A program made the position numbers and the translations under genes. DNA of 64,000 nucleotides from Octopus sinensis (taxonomy: Eukaryota). The stretch spans positions 87,420,001 through 87,484,000 of the forward strand of contig NC_043003.1 in the NCBI RefSeq assembly GCF_006345805.1, read 5' to 3'. The notes under the pieces are model-generated. The model was not told where the DNA came from, made no database searches, and was given only the letters and a program-made list of their open reading frames with translations. This document shows, piece by piece, positions 12,116 through 25,211 of the stretch; position 1 is the first letter of the stretch; the number at the start of each line of letters is the position of its first letter.

Positions 12116-13310
12116 ATTGTATTGTTTTAGTCTCGTTTGTCTTTGGACAATTTCCATGCAGGCACACCACCAAGAAGGACTCAGTCAAACAAATCGACCC
12201 CACTACTTATTTTAAATCCTTACTTATTCTGTTGATCTCTTTTCGCTGAAGTTCTAAGTTATGGAGATATAAAGAAACCAACACTGGCTGTCAAGTGGTG
12301 GGACACACATTTTAGTCACACAACAGGTTTCTACACAGTTTCCCTCTACAAAACACACTCATAAAGTATTATTTGGCCAAGAGCTAGAGTAGAAGACACT
12401 TCCTCAAGATGTCACATTGTGAGACTGAACTTGATATCAAATGGTTGAGAAATGTACTGTTTAGCTACACAGCCTGGCCTCATGCCTATAAATTATGAAA
12501 GAGATGATAAATTAAAGCAGGATCAAGTTTAATTTACTTAAATACTAAAGTCTCATACCTAAAATAATTAACAATTAATATAAACCACATATCAACTGGG
12601 AATTAATTACAAATTTAAATTTAAACATGCTCGGAGATTTGGAAATTTCTGGAATATTAATCATCATCATCAATTTTATGTCCACTTTCCCATGGTTGTA
12701 TGAGTCAGATGGAATTCATAGGAGCTGATCTTCTATGCCCAGAAGCCTTTCCTGACACCAGCTACCACCTGTTTCCAAGCAAGGTAATATTTCGTCATAA
12801 CCAGACATGCTTTTACCAAAGATTAAAAACAAGGACACTGCTTGTATCACAGTAACAACTATCACATGATGTCAAGTCAATGAAACACAAGCACACACAC
12901 ATGCTGGGCTTCTTTCAGTTTCCATCTGCCACTCACAAGGTTTTGGTTGATTCAGAGTTATAGAAGAAGACACTAGTTATCAGACAGTGAGACTGACCTG
13001 AGACCACATGAATGGGAATCCGTTACTATTTTGCTTCTGAAGATGTGGCAATGTGGTACCTGGGGGAAGTGTCTCCTACTATAGTTCCAGACTACCCAAA
13101 GCCTTGCGGGTGAATACGGTAGACAGAAACTAAAAGAAGTTCATCGTGTATGTATGTAAGTATGTGTCCTTGTCATGATATTGTGAGATAGTTGTAGATG
13201 ACTGTCACTCCATATAAGCAGCGTTGTTCATTTCCAACATTCTGCGAAAACATGTCTGGCCATCTTTGCCTGGAAACAGGTAAAGGGTTGGTAATTGGAA
13301 GAGTATCCTT

Positions 13311-13616
13311 CATCATCATCATCGTTTAACATCCGTTTTCCATGCTAGCATGGGTTGGACCGTTCGAATGGGGTCTGGGAAGCCAGGAGGCTGCACCAGG
13401 CCCCCAGTCTGATCTGGCAGTGTTTCTACAGCTGGATGCCTTTCCTAACGCCAACCACTGTGAGTGTAGTGGGTGCTTTTTACGTGCCAGGGGAGGCTGG
13501 CAGCGGCCTCGATCGGTTGGTGCTTTTTATGTGCCACCAGCACAGAAGCCAGTCAAGGCAGCGCTGGCATCGGCCACGTTCAGATGGTGCTTTTCATGTG
13601 CCACTGGCACAGGTAT
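13311..13616 (-). mobile_element. 5'-truncated RTE LINE 3' end with 3 minisatellite units
   Basis: (CAT)n tail on the + strand; GCTGGATGCC(C/T)TTCCTAACGCCAACC terminal motif; matches the 3' UTR that follows the RTE ORF end at 24283-24898. Confidence 0.8.
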
Positions 13617-16599
13617 CAAAACTAGAAAATCTACCTCTGTCCAACCCTTGCAAGCATGGCAAAGTGAATGTTAAAATGATGCACCCTTCTTTTCTACTTA
13701 CATACCCTAATTCTCTTCATGTGTCTAGGGGTAAATATTCATGGACAAATAGGGTATTTGAAGATGATTGGTAAATGCACGGATCCAAATGTAGAGTAGA
13801 TTTTTAAACTCTAGCAACTGTAACTAATAGGTAAGGCAATAAAGCCTGCCTGATTGTAAGTTAGAAAAAAAAATTCCCTTGAAAAATTCTTAGAAAAGAT
13901 TAAGAATTCAAATGTTTAGAGAGACAACAAAATCAAAAAATAATTCCAGGGAGCAAGGGAGATGAGTCGTTATCTCTAGTGGTCAAACATCCATCATTGA
14001 CAAGACCAAGAAAGGTCAAAATCGGGATCTGGTGGTCTAGGCACTGAAAATGGTAGGGATTTATCTCCATGTTAGCAATATAAATAAGTGTGCATTCTGC
14101 ACTGAAAAGTCAATATGAGAGTTTCTCTCGTGGTGTCTACAGCAGTAACATTTGTTCTAACAGTACAATGGGGATAAATTTTTTCTCTTGGTATTGATAC
14201 TGCCTGTCGCTAACATATATATATATTCATACAAGCAGTGTCTTCCATGAAAACATGTCCAGTGACACAGAAATTTTACTTGACTTGAAAACAAGCAAGG
14301 GTTGGCAACAGAAAGGGCATCCAGCTGTAGAAAATCTGCTTCAACAAATTCTGTATGACCCATGCAAGCATGGAAAAGTGGACATGATGATGATGATGGG
14401 GAGGAGGAGGAGGAGGAGGGGCGGAGGAGGAGGGGGCGGAGGAGGAGGAGGAAAAGGGTATAAACCCTACTTCTTTTTATCAACTTTAGCCTTGTATTGC
14501 AACTTCAAGCAAGATATTTTTAACCCTAAGTTGGCAACAGCACCATTTGTAATAAGAACCATGAGATAAGAGCCTAAAAATAAAATTACTATCAAAAGAA
14601 AATTTTGGTGATCATGTAAGTGAAACATTTACAGCTTTTACAAGGAAGGAAATGAAGGCAGGGTCACTAAAATCTTCAACTGTTTATCTTAATAACCTAT
14701 TGACTCAATAACCTAGTTTCAATTAACTGACACCAATGGTAACTTTCGTTTTTACCCTCTTCAAATTTATAAAGGAGGAAGGAAGGGAATGCTTTGATGT
14801 GTGCGCCTTTCTCCAGAGGCAACCCCAAACTAGTAACTGAAATAAATGTAAACAGACTCAATTCAGCAGAGTAAAATCTTAGTGCTATGAGAGACTTGAA
14901 GGAACACCACCTGAATCTATGTTTAATTTCTTCATTAAATGATCTAAAATAATTTGCAAGATTTTCAAGTACTTTTACTAGCTTGATTGCCAAGTTTTAC
15001 TTCATAGATACCTATTCCCACTGTACAGAACTCCGGCTTATTATAATAGTTAAAAATAGCCACTATCTTATTTTTCTTAAATTAGTAACCAGCTTTTACT
15101 TTAGCTTTCTATATTTCTGTAGTAAGAAAAGCACTAAGTAAGCCGTAACACTAGAGCAAGCAGACTAAATGCATTACAAGACTTAATCCCATCCATTTAG
15201 GTTTCAAGAACAGATCTTTAAACATGCATTTTTGTTTTTAAAAATGGATTCATTTTCCACTAGTTGACTTTGCCTTTCATTCAATCAAAGTTATTAAATA
15301 AGTACCAGTAATATGTACAGGTGTACAATGCAATCACAGGTACACCTTGTTCTCTGCAAATACATTAACATTGTTTTATGAAAAAAGAACTTTGATATTT
15401 CTGTCTGTCAGCTTTTAATTCTAGGTAGAAGGCAGTCACCTTTACATACAAGAGGGTACTAAAAAGTTTCTGGCTTTAAAGAGTATTGCGAAAAACTTGG
15501 TTGGAAGCTCAACCTTTTGAGTTCTTTTGCTGGGCTTAGAAAAACTGAAGGACCGCTGCAATAAGTGTGTGAATCTGAGAGGAGAACATGTTGAATAAAA
15601 TCATAATTAAGTGATCCTCCTGTATTTTCTTTTACCCAAAGCCAGGAACTTTTCAGTAACCCCTTGTAAGCCGCCAAAACCCATTGAGAATAGCATGGAT
15701 ACTGCACAGTGACATTCAGTTTTCCATGTTAGCATTCACAGGACAGTCACTATAAATTTGAACATTCCCAACTCCATAACAGATGTCATTCTTATTACGA
15801 ACGACTCAACTTTGAAGAGAGAAACATTTAAAAATAAGTAGAAATTGCTCACAAGACAAAAAAAAAAAATAACAAGTTCTCAGTAGCATAACACAATAGT
15901 TGTAATAAGGTTTCACTTACTACAGAAATCTTATATGTCCACTCAAAATTTCATTACTCTTAACTGTGGAAAGCAGTTTTATATAAAAGTCTATTTTTGT
16001 TGCAGAATATTATGTTTGAAACTATTTTTAAGACATATCAAGTTTAGTGAGGCAAGATAAGACTTGCAGAAATCACCAATTTTATTTTTTTGGTAGATAT
16101 TTAATATCATTACTGTAATAGCCATGAAATAAAACCATTCAGTTAAAGGGTTAAAATCATGGTCACATGGGCGATACGCCCAACAACTCATTCTTATGAT
16201 TACAATAATTTAAAGAAAAAAGAAACATAACCAGGAACAGAAGAATGGAATTCTTGTAATAATTGAGAAAATAGCATAGAATGTGAGGAAAGGTGGAATT
16301 TAGTTAACAGGAGGGAAAATGTAAACATGATATTCGTATCTTTCTTGAACATTGAGGAAGTAACTGGAAATGGCTTCAAGTGGAAATCAAATCTAGGCTG
16401 TATAAATGGTTAGCAAATTATAGGTGCAGGCACAGCTGTGTGGTTAAACAGTTTTTCTCCCGAAGCCATGTGATTTCAGGTTCGGTCCCACTGTGTGGGA
16501 CCTTCAACAAGTGCCTTTAACTATAGTCCTGGGCTGACCTAATCCTTGTGAGTGGATTTAGCAGACGGAACTGAAAGAAGACTGTCATATGTACGTATA

Positions 16600-16990
16600 C
16601 TCTTTACTCTTTTACTTGTTTCAGTCATTTGACTGCAGCCATGCTGGAGCACCGCCTTTAGTCAAGCAAATCGACCCCAGAACTTATTATTTGTAAGCCT
16701 AGTACTTATTCTATCGGTCTCTTTTGCCGAACCGCTAAGTGACGGGGACGTAAACACACCAGCATCGGTTGTCAAGCAATGCTAGGGAGACAAACACAAA
16801 CACACATACATATATATACATATATACAACAAGCTTCTTTCGGTTTCCATCAACCAAATCCACTCACAAGGCATTGGTCGGCCCGGGGCTATAGCAGAAG
16901 ACACTTGCCCAAGATGCCACGCAGTGGGACTGAACCCGGAACCATGTGGTTGGTTAGCAAGCTACTTACCACACGGCCACTCCTGCGCCT
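16600..16990 (-). mobile_element. Family A SINE, near full length
   Basis: Head GGCGCAGGAGTGGCCGTGTGGTAAGTAGC, B-box GGTTCAGTCCC and GCATCTTGGGCAAGTGTCTT core on the minus strand. Confidence 0.85.
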
Positions 16991-19018
16991 TTGTGTGTGT
17001 GTGTGCATGCGTACTTGTTTTTGACTTTGCATGATAGCTGTAGACGAGTGTCACTCTTATACAAGTAATGTCATTCATTTCCAGTCTTCCATGAAGAATC
17101 ATGTGGAAATATTCCTTACTTGGAAATAAGTGAGGGTTGGTGACAAGAATGGTGTTCAGCCACAGACGATCTTCCTTAATAAATTCATGCAATCATAAAA
17201 TAATGGACATTAAAACAATGATGCTGATGATGATACCAACTCAAACAGCAACAAAGCAAGAAGAATGAATTTTATTGAAAATAAAATACCTGTAATCTCA
17301 ATGTTGATTCTGATGTTACATGCAAAGTAATAAAATCAGTACATCTTACCATGAGGTTGCCTCTTCATGGTTATGTAATAAAACAAAAACAGATCTAGAA
17401 TTCATTTTATTAGAACACTACACTCTCGGAGTGGTTGGCGTTAGGAAGGGCACCCAGCTGTAGAAACTCTGCCAGATCAGATTGGAGCCTGGCGCAGCCA
17501 TCTGGTTCGCCAGTCCTCAGTCAAATCGTCCAACCCATGCCAGATGTTAAATGATGATGATGATTTTATTAGAAATTTCTCACCTGTCTTGAAGCAACTT
17601 TTTATCATTGCAAAAGAGTTTCCTTACTAAAACAACCTAGTTTCTGGGCACATTACATATGTAGATTACACAGATGAATTAACTAAGTAATCAAAAATTA
17701 AACCTAAACATAGCCCAGCCCAATAAACAAGAGTCTGATTAAAAAAAAAAAAAGTAGAAGCTGAAAAGCTATCATCCCCCTTATGAAAAAAAAAAAAAAA
17801 GAGAAACGCACTCTCACTTTTGAATATAGAATTAAGTAGAGAAGCTCTTAAACAAGCAATCCAAAATTAAGAAGCATAGGAGATGCATGCATATTTAATC
17901 GATGGTGCTTAATTAATCTCTAAGAAATAAAAGAATCAAAACCAACCCTCAGCAGAACATGAACTGAGATCAGGAAACCCTCAAATTAGATGCACTAAAT
18001 CATCTATTTTGGCACTTCAGTTTTTAACTATTTTGGTTACCTTACAAGATATTTAGGTTATCATTGTCATCATGGTTTTAACATCCACTTTTCCATGCCT
18101 GCATGTGTCAGATGGAATTTAAGGCAGATTTCCTGTGGCCAGGTGCCCTTTCTGTCACCAGTCCTTACTTGTTTCCATGTAAGATAATATTTTCCCATAG
18201 ACAAGTTTTCATGGAAGATTGAAAATAAAGATCATAGTTATATGAAGATGACACATATCAAGCCAAGGAGACACCAACTCTTTCTCGCACATACACACAA
18301 ATATAATGAGCTTCTTCCAGTTTTTGTTAGCCAAAGGTTTTCACAAGACTTTGGTCAGCCAGTTGCTATAGTAGAAGACACTCGACCAGGGTGTCACACA
18401 GTGGGAAAGAACCACTATGTGGTTGGGAAGCAAGCTTCTTAAGATAAATGATTGATCAACAGATTGGTTTTTATAACTTCAGAGGAATTCAGGTATGCAT
18501 AAGTGATAAGTTATTACTATCAAATTTCTGAAAATCAGTGAACCACAAACTGACCTATTTCTATATGACAATATCTAATGAAGCTATTTTTTTTATAATT
18601 ACATTCAAGTTTAAAAAGACAACAACAAAAAAAAGACTTCTCTGTTGAAGACAGGAGTAATACCTTAAGAAAAGATGATTATGAAAAAGTAACAGTTACT
18701 ATGATGTAAGGTACACAACAATCCTCATCTTATGTACATGTATGCTTAGATATATATGCACAGTTACATCAATTATATACATATAATTATATATCATCAT
18801 CATCAACAACATTTAGTGTCCATTTTCCATGCTGGTAAGGGTTAGACAGCTTGACTGGAACTGGTAATCTGGAGAGCTGCACCAGTCTCTTTTGGCTTGG
18901 TTTCTAAGGCTCAATGCTCTTCTTAACACTTATATATATGTATGTATATGTTAAATAAAATGAGACAACAAAGACAAGGTTGTGTGGAATTTATAGGACA
19001 TTTATAAAGAGAAAGGTA

Positions 19019-19066
19019 GTCTTACAGCTGTTTCAGGGATACTAGGGATATCCTGGCATCAGAGAC
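19019..19066 (-). ncRNA. Minimal type I hammerhead ribozyme motif, degenerate (A9 to C)
   Basis: Minus strand reads GTCT-CTGATG(C)-CAGGATATCCCTAGTATCCCT-GAAAC-AGCT-GTA-AGAC: 4-bp stem I, stem II GGATA/TATCC, palindromic ACAGCTGT stem III, GUA cleavage triplet. Confidence 0.6.
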
Positions 19067-19226
19067 GATATGAGAGAGTTAACAAGAGGGAAATAGTAGA
19101 GTTCAATATAAGGAGTTAGTTTGGAAAAGGATGGATATAGGAAGTAAAAAGGGAAACAAGAGAATAAATATATATATGTAGGATGTTACAGTTGCAGTTC
19201 CATTATCCAAGGAAAGTGGTGTGTAG

Positions 19227-19744
19227 ATCATCATCATCATCGTTTAACGTCTACTTTCCATGCTGGCATGGGTTGGACGATTTTGACTGAGGGCTGGCGA
19301 ACCAGATGGTTGCACCAGTCTCCAATCTTGATTTGGCAGAGCTTCTACAGCTGGATGCCCTTCCTAACGCCAACCACCCCGAGAGTGTAGTGGGTGCTTT
19401 TTACATGCCACCAGCACAGGGGCCAGTCAGGCGGTACTGGCAATGACCTCATTAGAATCTTTTTACACATGCCACCAGCAGAGGTGCCAGTAAGACGACG
19501 TTGGTAACGATCACGCTTGAATGGTGCCCTTTTACGTGCCACTGCCACAGAAGCCAGTTGGCTGCTCTGGCAACGATCATGCTCGGATGGTGCTCTTGGC
19601 ACCCTACTAGCACGGGCACAAGTGCCAGTAAGGCGACGCTGGTAACAATCACACTCGAATGGTGCCTTTTATGTGCCACTGGCATCGAAGCCAGTTAGCT
19701 GCTCTGTCAACTATCACACTTGTATAGTGCTCTTTGCACCCCGC
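19227..19744 (-). mobile_element. RTE LINE 3' end with about 6 minisatellite units
   Basis: (CAT)n tail at 19227-19241, RTE terminal motif, repeats of about 62-72 bp from 19393. Confidence 0.8.
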
Positions 19745-20116
19745 TACTTCTCATGCATGGTATGTAGATTCCGATAGGAATTCATATTTTGTTATTACAA
19801 GTGGATATTGTGGAGACAAAAATTCCATGTGCTGTTTACACCACAAGACTCCTTTGAATAAGCAGCACATGGAATTTATGTCTCCACAATAATCACTTGT
19901 AATAACAAAATATGAATTCCTATTGGAATCTACATACCATGGATGAGAAGTATTTCTACCCATTCTACACAGCACTTTCCTTGGATAATGGAACTGCAGT
20001 ATCCTACATATATTTTTATTCTCTTATTTCCCTTTATACTTCTTATTTCCTTCCTTTTCCAAAATAACTCCTTATATTGAACTCTACTATTTCCCTCTAG
20101 TTAACTATCTCATATT

Positions 20117-20155
20117 ATCTCTGATGAAGAGATATCCCAGAAACAGCTGTAAAGC
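20117..20155 (+). ncRNA. Minimal hammerhead ribozyme motif, degenerate (stems I and II damaged)
   Basis: ATCT-CTGATGA-AGAGATATCCCA-GAAAC-AGCT-GTA-AAGC: the core nucleotides are intact but stem I and stem II pairing is poor. Confidence 0.55.
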
Positions 20156-20663
20156 TACCTTTCTCTCTATGAATGTCCTACAAATTCCACACCGCCTTGG
20201 CTTTGTTGTTTCATTTTATTTAACATATACATGCTCACACAAGACCCACATTAGACTCCTCACTCATATCATTATTGAACTGAGAGTCTAATATGGTCCT
20301 CCCGTAACACTTACAAAGCCTTACCTGCCATCTTGAGTCTTCTAGATACCAATACCTCTCATATGTATGTATGTACATATATACGTATGTATGTATGTAT
20401 GTACATATATACGTATGTAAGTATGTATGTATGTATGTACGTAGGTACGTACGTACATATGTATGTATGTATACACACACGTCATATTTTTAAAGTTCAA
20501 TTTTCTATGCTTACATGGGTCAGATGGAGTTTATTGAAGCAAGTTTTCTACAACCAGATACCTCATCCTGTTGCCAACTCTCATTGGTTTCCTAGCAAGG
20601 TAATATTTCCCCATAACCTGACATGTTTATGCAGAATACAAAATATTGGAAATGAGTAACATT

Positions 20664-20723
<60 letters not shown>

Positions 20724-21100
20724 CATACTACCATCATGTTCTTAATGATGAAATTAACCTCTCTGTTTATATATCTACCCTCTTTGTAACGTTGGCAAAT
20801 GAAATAGGTATAAGAATGTGCATTGGCCGTTTAATTGAAAAATTCTATGTGGCTGAAGATTGCTCGACATTTTAAAACTGATGTAATATTTACAGTGTTT
20901 AATAAAATGAAGCAGCATGAAACAAGTGTACTACGCTACCTTGGATATTCTTGTTTCTTATTTTGATTACAATCACCCCATTTGATTTATATGGATAATA
21001 CCATACAAAATTCTGGTGCCTTTAATTTAAGTACCATATTCATCTAAATCTAAATTTTGCTGAACTATATATATATATATATTATATATATATATATATA

Positions 21101-21389
21101 TCACGTGATCACGTAACCAACCAGTCCATCAGATATTGTTACACATCGCTGGTCACAATGCGTTCGCATTGTTTTAGCCTTCGAATGATGCCACCCCGCT
21201 GGCTAAGCAAGCAGGCCAACAGAAGAAAGAGTGAAAGAGTACAGCAGGGATCACCACCCCCTGCCGGAGCCTCGTGGTGCTTTTAGGTGTTTTCGCTCAA
21301 TAAACACTCACAATGCCCGGTCTGGGAATCGAAACCGCGATCCTCCGACCGCGAGTCCGCTGCCCTAACCACTGGGCCATTGCGCCTCC
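21101..21389 (-). mobile_element. Family C SINE, tail type 2 (ends ...ACGTGATCACGTGA)
   Basis: Same head as 744, 31355 and 43266 but a different 3' half; the tail recurs alone at 41847-41965 (+). Confidence 0.8.
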
Positions 21390-21852
21390 ACACACACACA
21401 CACACACACCACACACACACACACACAGCAGCTAATGTCCTTGTTCTATGCTGCCATGAGTTGGACATACACACATGACAGAGGTCTTTCAATTTCCATC
21501 TACCAAATCCACTCACAAAGCTTTCTACTATAGCCCTAAGACAACTAAAGCTTTGCAATTCAACTTCATAGACAGAAACTAAAAGAAGCACAAAATATAT
21601 GTACATATATGAATGTGTAAGTGTGTTAGCGTGTGCATGCGTTTTGGTGTTAGTGCTTGTGTTTCTTCGTTAGGTAATAGTTGTTTAATGAACATCACCG
21701 TCATATAAGCAGTATCTTTTGTTTCCAATCTTCCAGCTATGAGGGAAAATAAACAACCTTGCTTGAAAGAAGGTCAAACTTGAAAAGGCATAGAAAAACC
21801 TACCTAAGCAAATTTCTTCTAACCCATGCAAACATGGAAAAGTGGACATTAA

Positions 21853-22444
21853 CCCTTTCATTACTGTATTTATTTTGAGATGCTCTGTGTTTCTTTCAAT
21901 TGCTTTAGATATAACAAAGAATTTAGTAAAATGGCTTAGTTATCGCTAGCACTATGACCCAGCAACGCCAGGTCATAGTGCTAGTACATGCATATACAGC
22001 TGCGTGCGTGCGCACATACATGCGAGTACTGTCCAAATCTCCGACCAATCACATACAGCTAGCTGGCATTCAATTGACATATCAAGTTTCGGGCATTTTG
22101 ATTGGGTTTTGGATAGAAAATTCACAAAAAAGTAACTTCTATTGATTTTTTAATGGCTTTGCAGGGTGACTGGGGAAATGTAAAGATGTGCACAACCACC
22201 CTTGGACAGTTTTGAATGACCATAGAAAGTGCAAGCCCCCTAACTGAAAAATTGTGGATTTGTATAAAGGATACACATACACACAGACAGACATTTTGCC
22301 GTTTATATATATAGAGATTAAGTTAGTGTTAGAAACATAAATTGTGACTAAGGTTTGGTGGAACATTTTAACTCAAAACTTATGAAAGCAAAACATTTGT
22401 CCTCAGAGCCAGAGTCGGTTTCAGACGGGTTGGTAATGAAAGGA
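21853..22444. mobile_element. piggyBac-type MITE carrying a nested Helitron
   Basis: TTAA flanks; matches the uninterrupted copy at 34092-34272 once 21946-22317 is removed. Confidence 0.8.
21946..22317 (-). mobile_element. Non-autonomous Helitron-like element, 372 bp
   Basis: Minus strand starts TCTCTATATATATAAA and ends hairpin-ATAGTGCTAG; no TSD; the site corresponds to an A|T junction in the empty MITE at 34140, with one flanking base now changed. Confidence 0.7.
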
Positions 22445-22565
22445 TTAAAATGATTAATGATGGAATACAATGTAGAAAGCAAACATAGATTAGAAAAAGA
22501 TCATAATTTATGAATATGTATCAGGAAGAAATTGACCAACATAATAAGAAAAAGTCTTTACTTAC

Positions 22566-22611
22566 ACACAGTCATTTTGTGAGGATGATGGCAAAGTTAT
22601 GCCAGGTGGTC
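22566..22611 (-). CDS. MAP2K6: 46-nt exon of the MAP2K3/6 gene (N-terminal docking region)
   Basis: TTTTATTTGCAG acceptor and GTAAGT donor. The 46 nt run phase 1 to phase 2 and join the 7353 exon in frame: xPPGITLPSSSQNDCV|NPPGNLDSK. PGITLP aligns with MKK6 PGLKIP. Confidence 0.75.
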
Positions 22612-24282
22612 CTGCAAATAAAATGGAAAAATTTTTTCTTAGAGCAGAATTAGACAGTGCTTCAGATTACAAAAAGAACTGTCAAAACAATGTGCATGCA
22701 TGTTAGGGAAAAAGTGAAAGTATTTTCTGTATTAGTCATGGACACTAGTTGTTTGTTGAAGTGGTAGACACATTTTGAGAGGCCTAGCATTATTTTTCTG
22801 AAAACCTGCACTGAAGGAAGGAGTAAGGTCTTTATTCAATGGAATAACAATGTTAATGTATACCAAGTCCCCATTAAAATACTGAGCACTTTGAACCAGC
22901 CAGGCTGGAATTCTAAAGCCAAAAATGTTTGGCTGCATACCACCAGCCTGGTATTCTGTTCTGCCATGAGATTCTGACATCTATCATTTTTCCAGTGACT
23001 TTCATGTGGATGCCAACGGTTAGGTAGGAGTGCACATCTGGCAGAGGCCAGGATTCAAATGTTTGAATCTACCAACTCAGAATTCCAGTGCCAACAGTAT
23101 ATTATCTTTCCAACAATTTTGATGCAAACATCTACAGTTGGGTACTGCATACCTGGGAGGTGGGGATTGGTGGTCAGGGATCAAAGGATTGAGGAACATT
23201 GCATCACTCTTCCTCCTTTTTCTTCAATCTCCCTTTCACTCCTTTCAAGTTGCATGTATATAAATATCTGTACATGCTTAACTCTTACACTCCAATCAGT
23301 CTGGTGTAAGGCTTGCTTTCATTTTATCTGTGTTATTTACTCAGATGAGACAGTACTAACACTCTCTGTAGGTCCATCTTTCTGGGTGACAACGATGCAA
23401 TTGATTGATAGTTTTTTTGTTTGAAGTTTTTGTCTCAATTTAATTGACTAATAGTCAATTCTTCTTCACCAAAACTTTTTGCCATCAGAGCCAGAAATCT
23501 TAAGGAGAATTTGAGAAACTATTTTTATTATTGTGAGAAAGGTGGCAAGCTGGCAGAATTGTTAGCATGCTGGATAATATACTTAGCAACATTTCTTCTA
23601 GTTTTATGTTCCGAGTTCAAATCCTGCCAAGGTTAACTTTGCCTCTCGTCCTTTGAGAGTCAACAAAGCAAGTACGAGTTGAGCACTGGAGTTAATGTAA
23701 TCAACTTACACCCTCTCCTCAAAATTCCTGGCCTTGTACCAAAATTTGAAACCATTATTATTTTCATAAGTAGAAGAGTAAGTAGCAGAATTAGTAGAGG
23801 GCTAACAAAATACTTTGTTGTACTTAATTAGACCTCTTTATATTCTGAATTCAATTAACTACCAGGGCTGATCCTGTCTAAGTTATGTTAATAAAGACCT
23901 TTCAAAACATAGTCAAGAAGATTAAGACTCATACATAGAAAGCTTTACTTTTTCATTTTTCTACATTTAAGATCTGTTGAAGTATGCCAGTATGGGAAAA
24001 CTGCTGAGGGTGACAATGTTCACACACGTGACATCTTATTTCTGTACTTAGAGATATATCTTTTCCCATTGAGTATGTTGACAATGGAATAGTTTCACAA
24101 AGAAAAGAAAAAAAACAAAAAACAAACAAGAACATTTCATTTTGCAGAGGGCTTATTAAACAGTTACTATTTATGTTTCTGGATCTGGTGTTTAATATCC
24201 AGAGATGAAATTAACATCCTATCAGTTGACATACAGTCATTTCAAAAGAATTATTAGATACTACAACGGATATTTGCATAAC

Positions 24283-24898
24283 TATGTGTGAAGAAGTGCC
24301 ACTCCCAAACTGTTGAAGGAATCCAGGGTAGAGGTAGACCCAGGAAGACATGGGACAAGGTGGTCAAGCATGACCTTTGTACTTAGAGCCTCACAGAGGC
24401 TATGACGAAAGACCGAGACCTCTGGAGATATGCTGTGACTTCGAAGACCCGACAAATGAAATGAGTTCATGGCTGTGCTAACCTTGGATCGTAGAGTGAC
24501 CCGCTGTTCTTGGGGAGACCTATTGAGTCAAGTACCTCAACATCAAATTACAAATTCAAATGGAAGTTGTAGTTAAGACACCCATACTGGCGACACATAA
24601 AAAGCACTATCCGAACGTGGCAGATACTAGCACCGCCTGACTGGCGTCCGTGTCGGTGACACGTAAAAGCACCAACCGATCATGGCCGTTTGCCAGCCTG
24701 CTCTGGCCCCTGTTTCGGTGGCACGTAAAAAACACCCACTACACTCATGGAGTGGTTGGCATTAGGGAGGGCATCCAGCTGTAGAAACACTGCCAAATCA
24801 GACTAGAGCCTGGTGCAGCCTCCATGGCTTACCAGACCCCAGTCAAACCGTCCAACCCATGCTAGCATGGAAAACGGACGTTAAATGATGATGATGAT
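24283..24898 (+). mobile_element. RTE LINE: ORF C-terminus, 3' UTR with minisatellite, (GAT)n tail
   Basis: Translates CVKKCHSQTVEGIQGRGRPRKTWDKVVKHDL...KDRDLWRYAV (RGRPRKTW is a typical RTE C-terminal motif), then three repeat units and the terminal motif. Confidence 0.85.
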
Positions 24899-25211
24899 GG
24901 TTGTTTGAAATTTTGCAGGTTAATAATCACTGAAACTGCAGGCAGTGTGATGTGATTTGGGGTTGCAAAAATGACTTGGCAGTAGTAAACCACTGAATTG
25001 TGGTAGTAGTAAACAAGTCTGAAATTCAAAGTTTATTGAGTTATAAGATCAAGAGAAAGTCTCTTAGTAAAATTAATACAAAATAAAAATTGCATGTCTA
25101 ATTTGAGAAAGATGTTAACAGGGTCCCATGGGCTGTAATCTGATGAAAAATGTCAAAAACAAAAAGTGAAGATGAATGTCTCATGAAAGTTGTAAAATCT
25201 AAAATATATGT

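Larger units (their letters stand above)
18942..20232. mobile_element. Large palindrome of inverted Penelope-like terminal repeats, left arm interrupted by an RTE tail
   Basis: 18942-19226 plus 19745-19835 is the reverse complement of about 19862-20232, with a loop of about 26 nt. The Penelope assignment rests on the hammerhead architecture and inverted arrangement, not on protein similarity. Confidence 0.65.

Noticed and set aside
22732-23424. ORFs of 82 aa and 121 aa next to the 46-nt exon
   Set aside because: No recognisable domain, splice context or codon pattern; treated as intronic.
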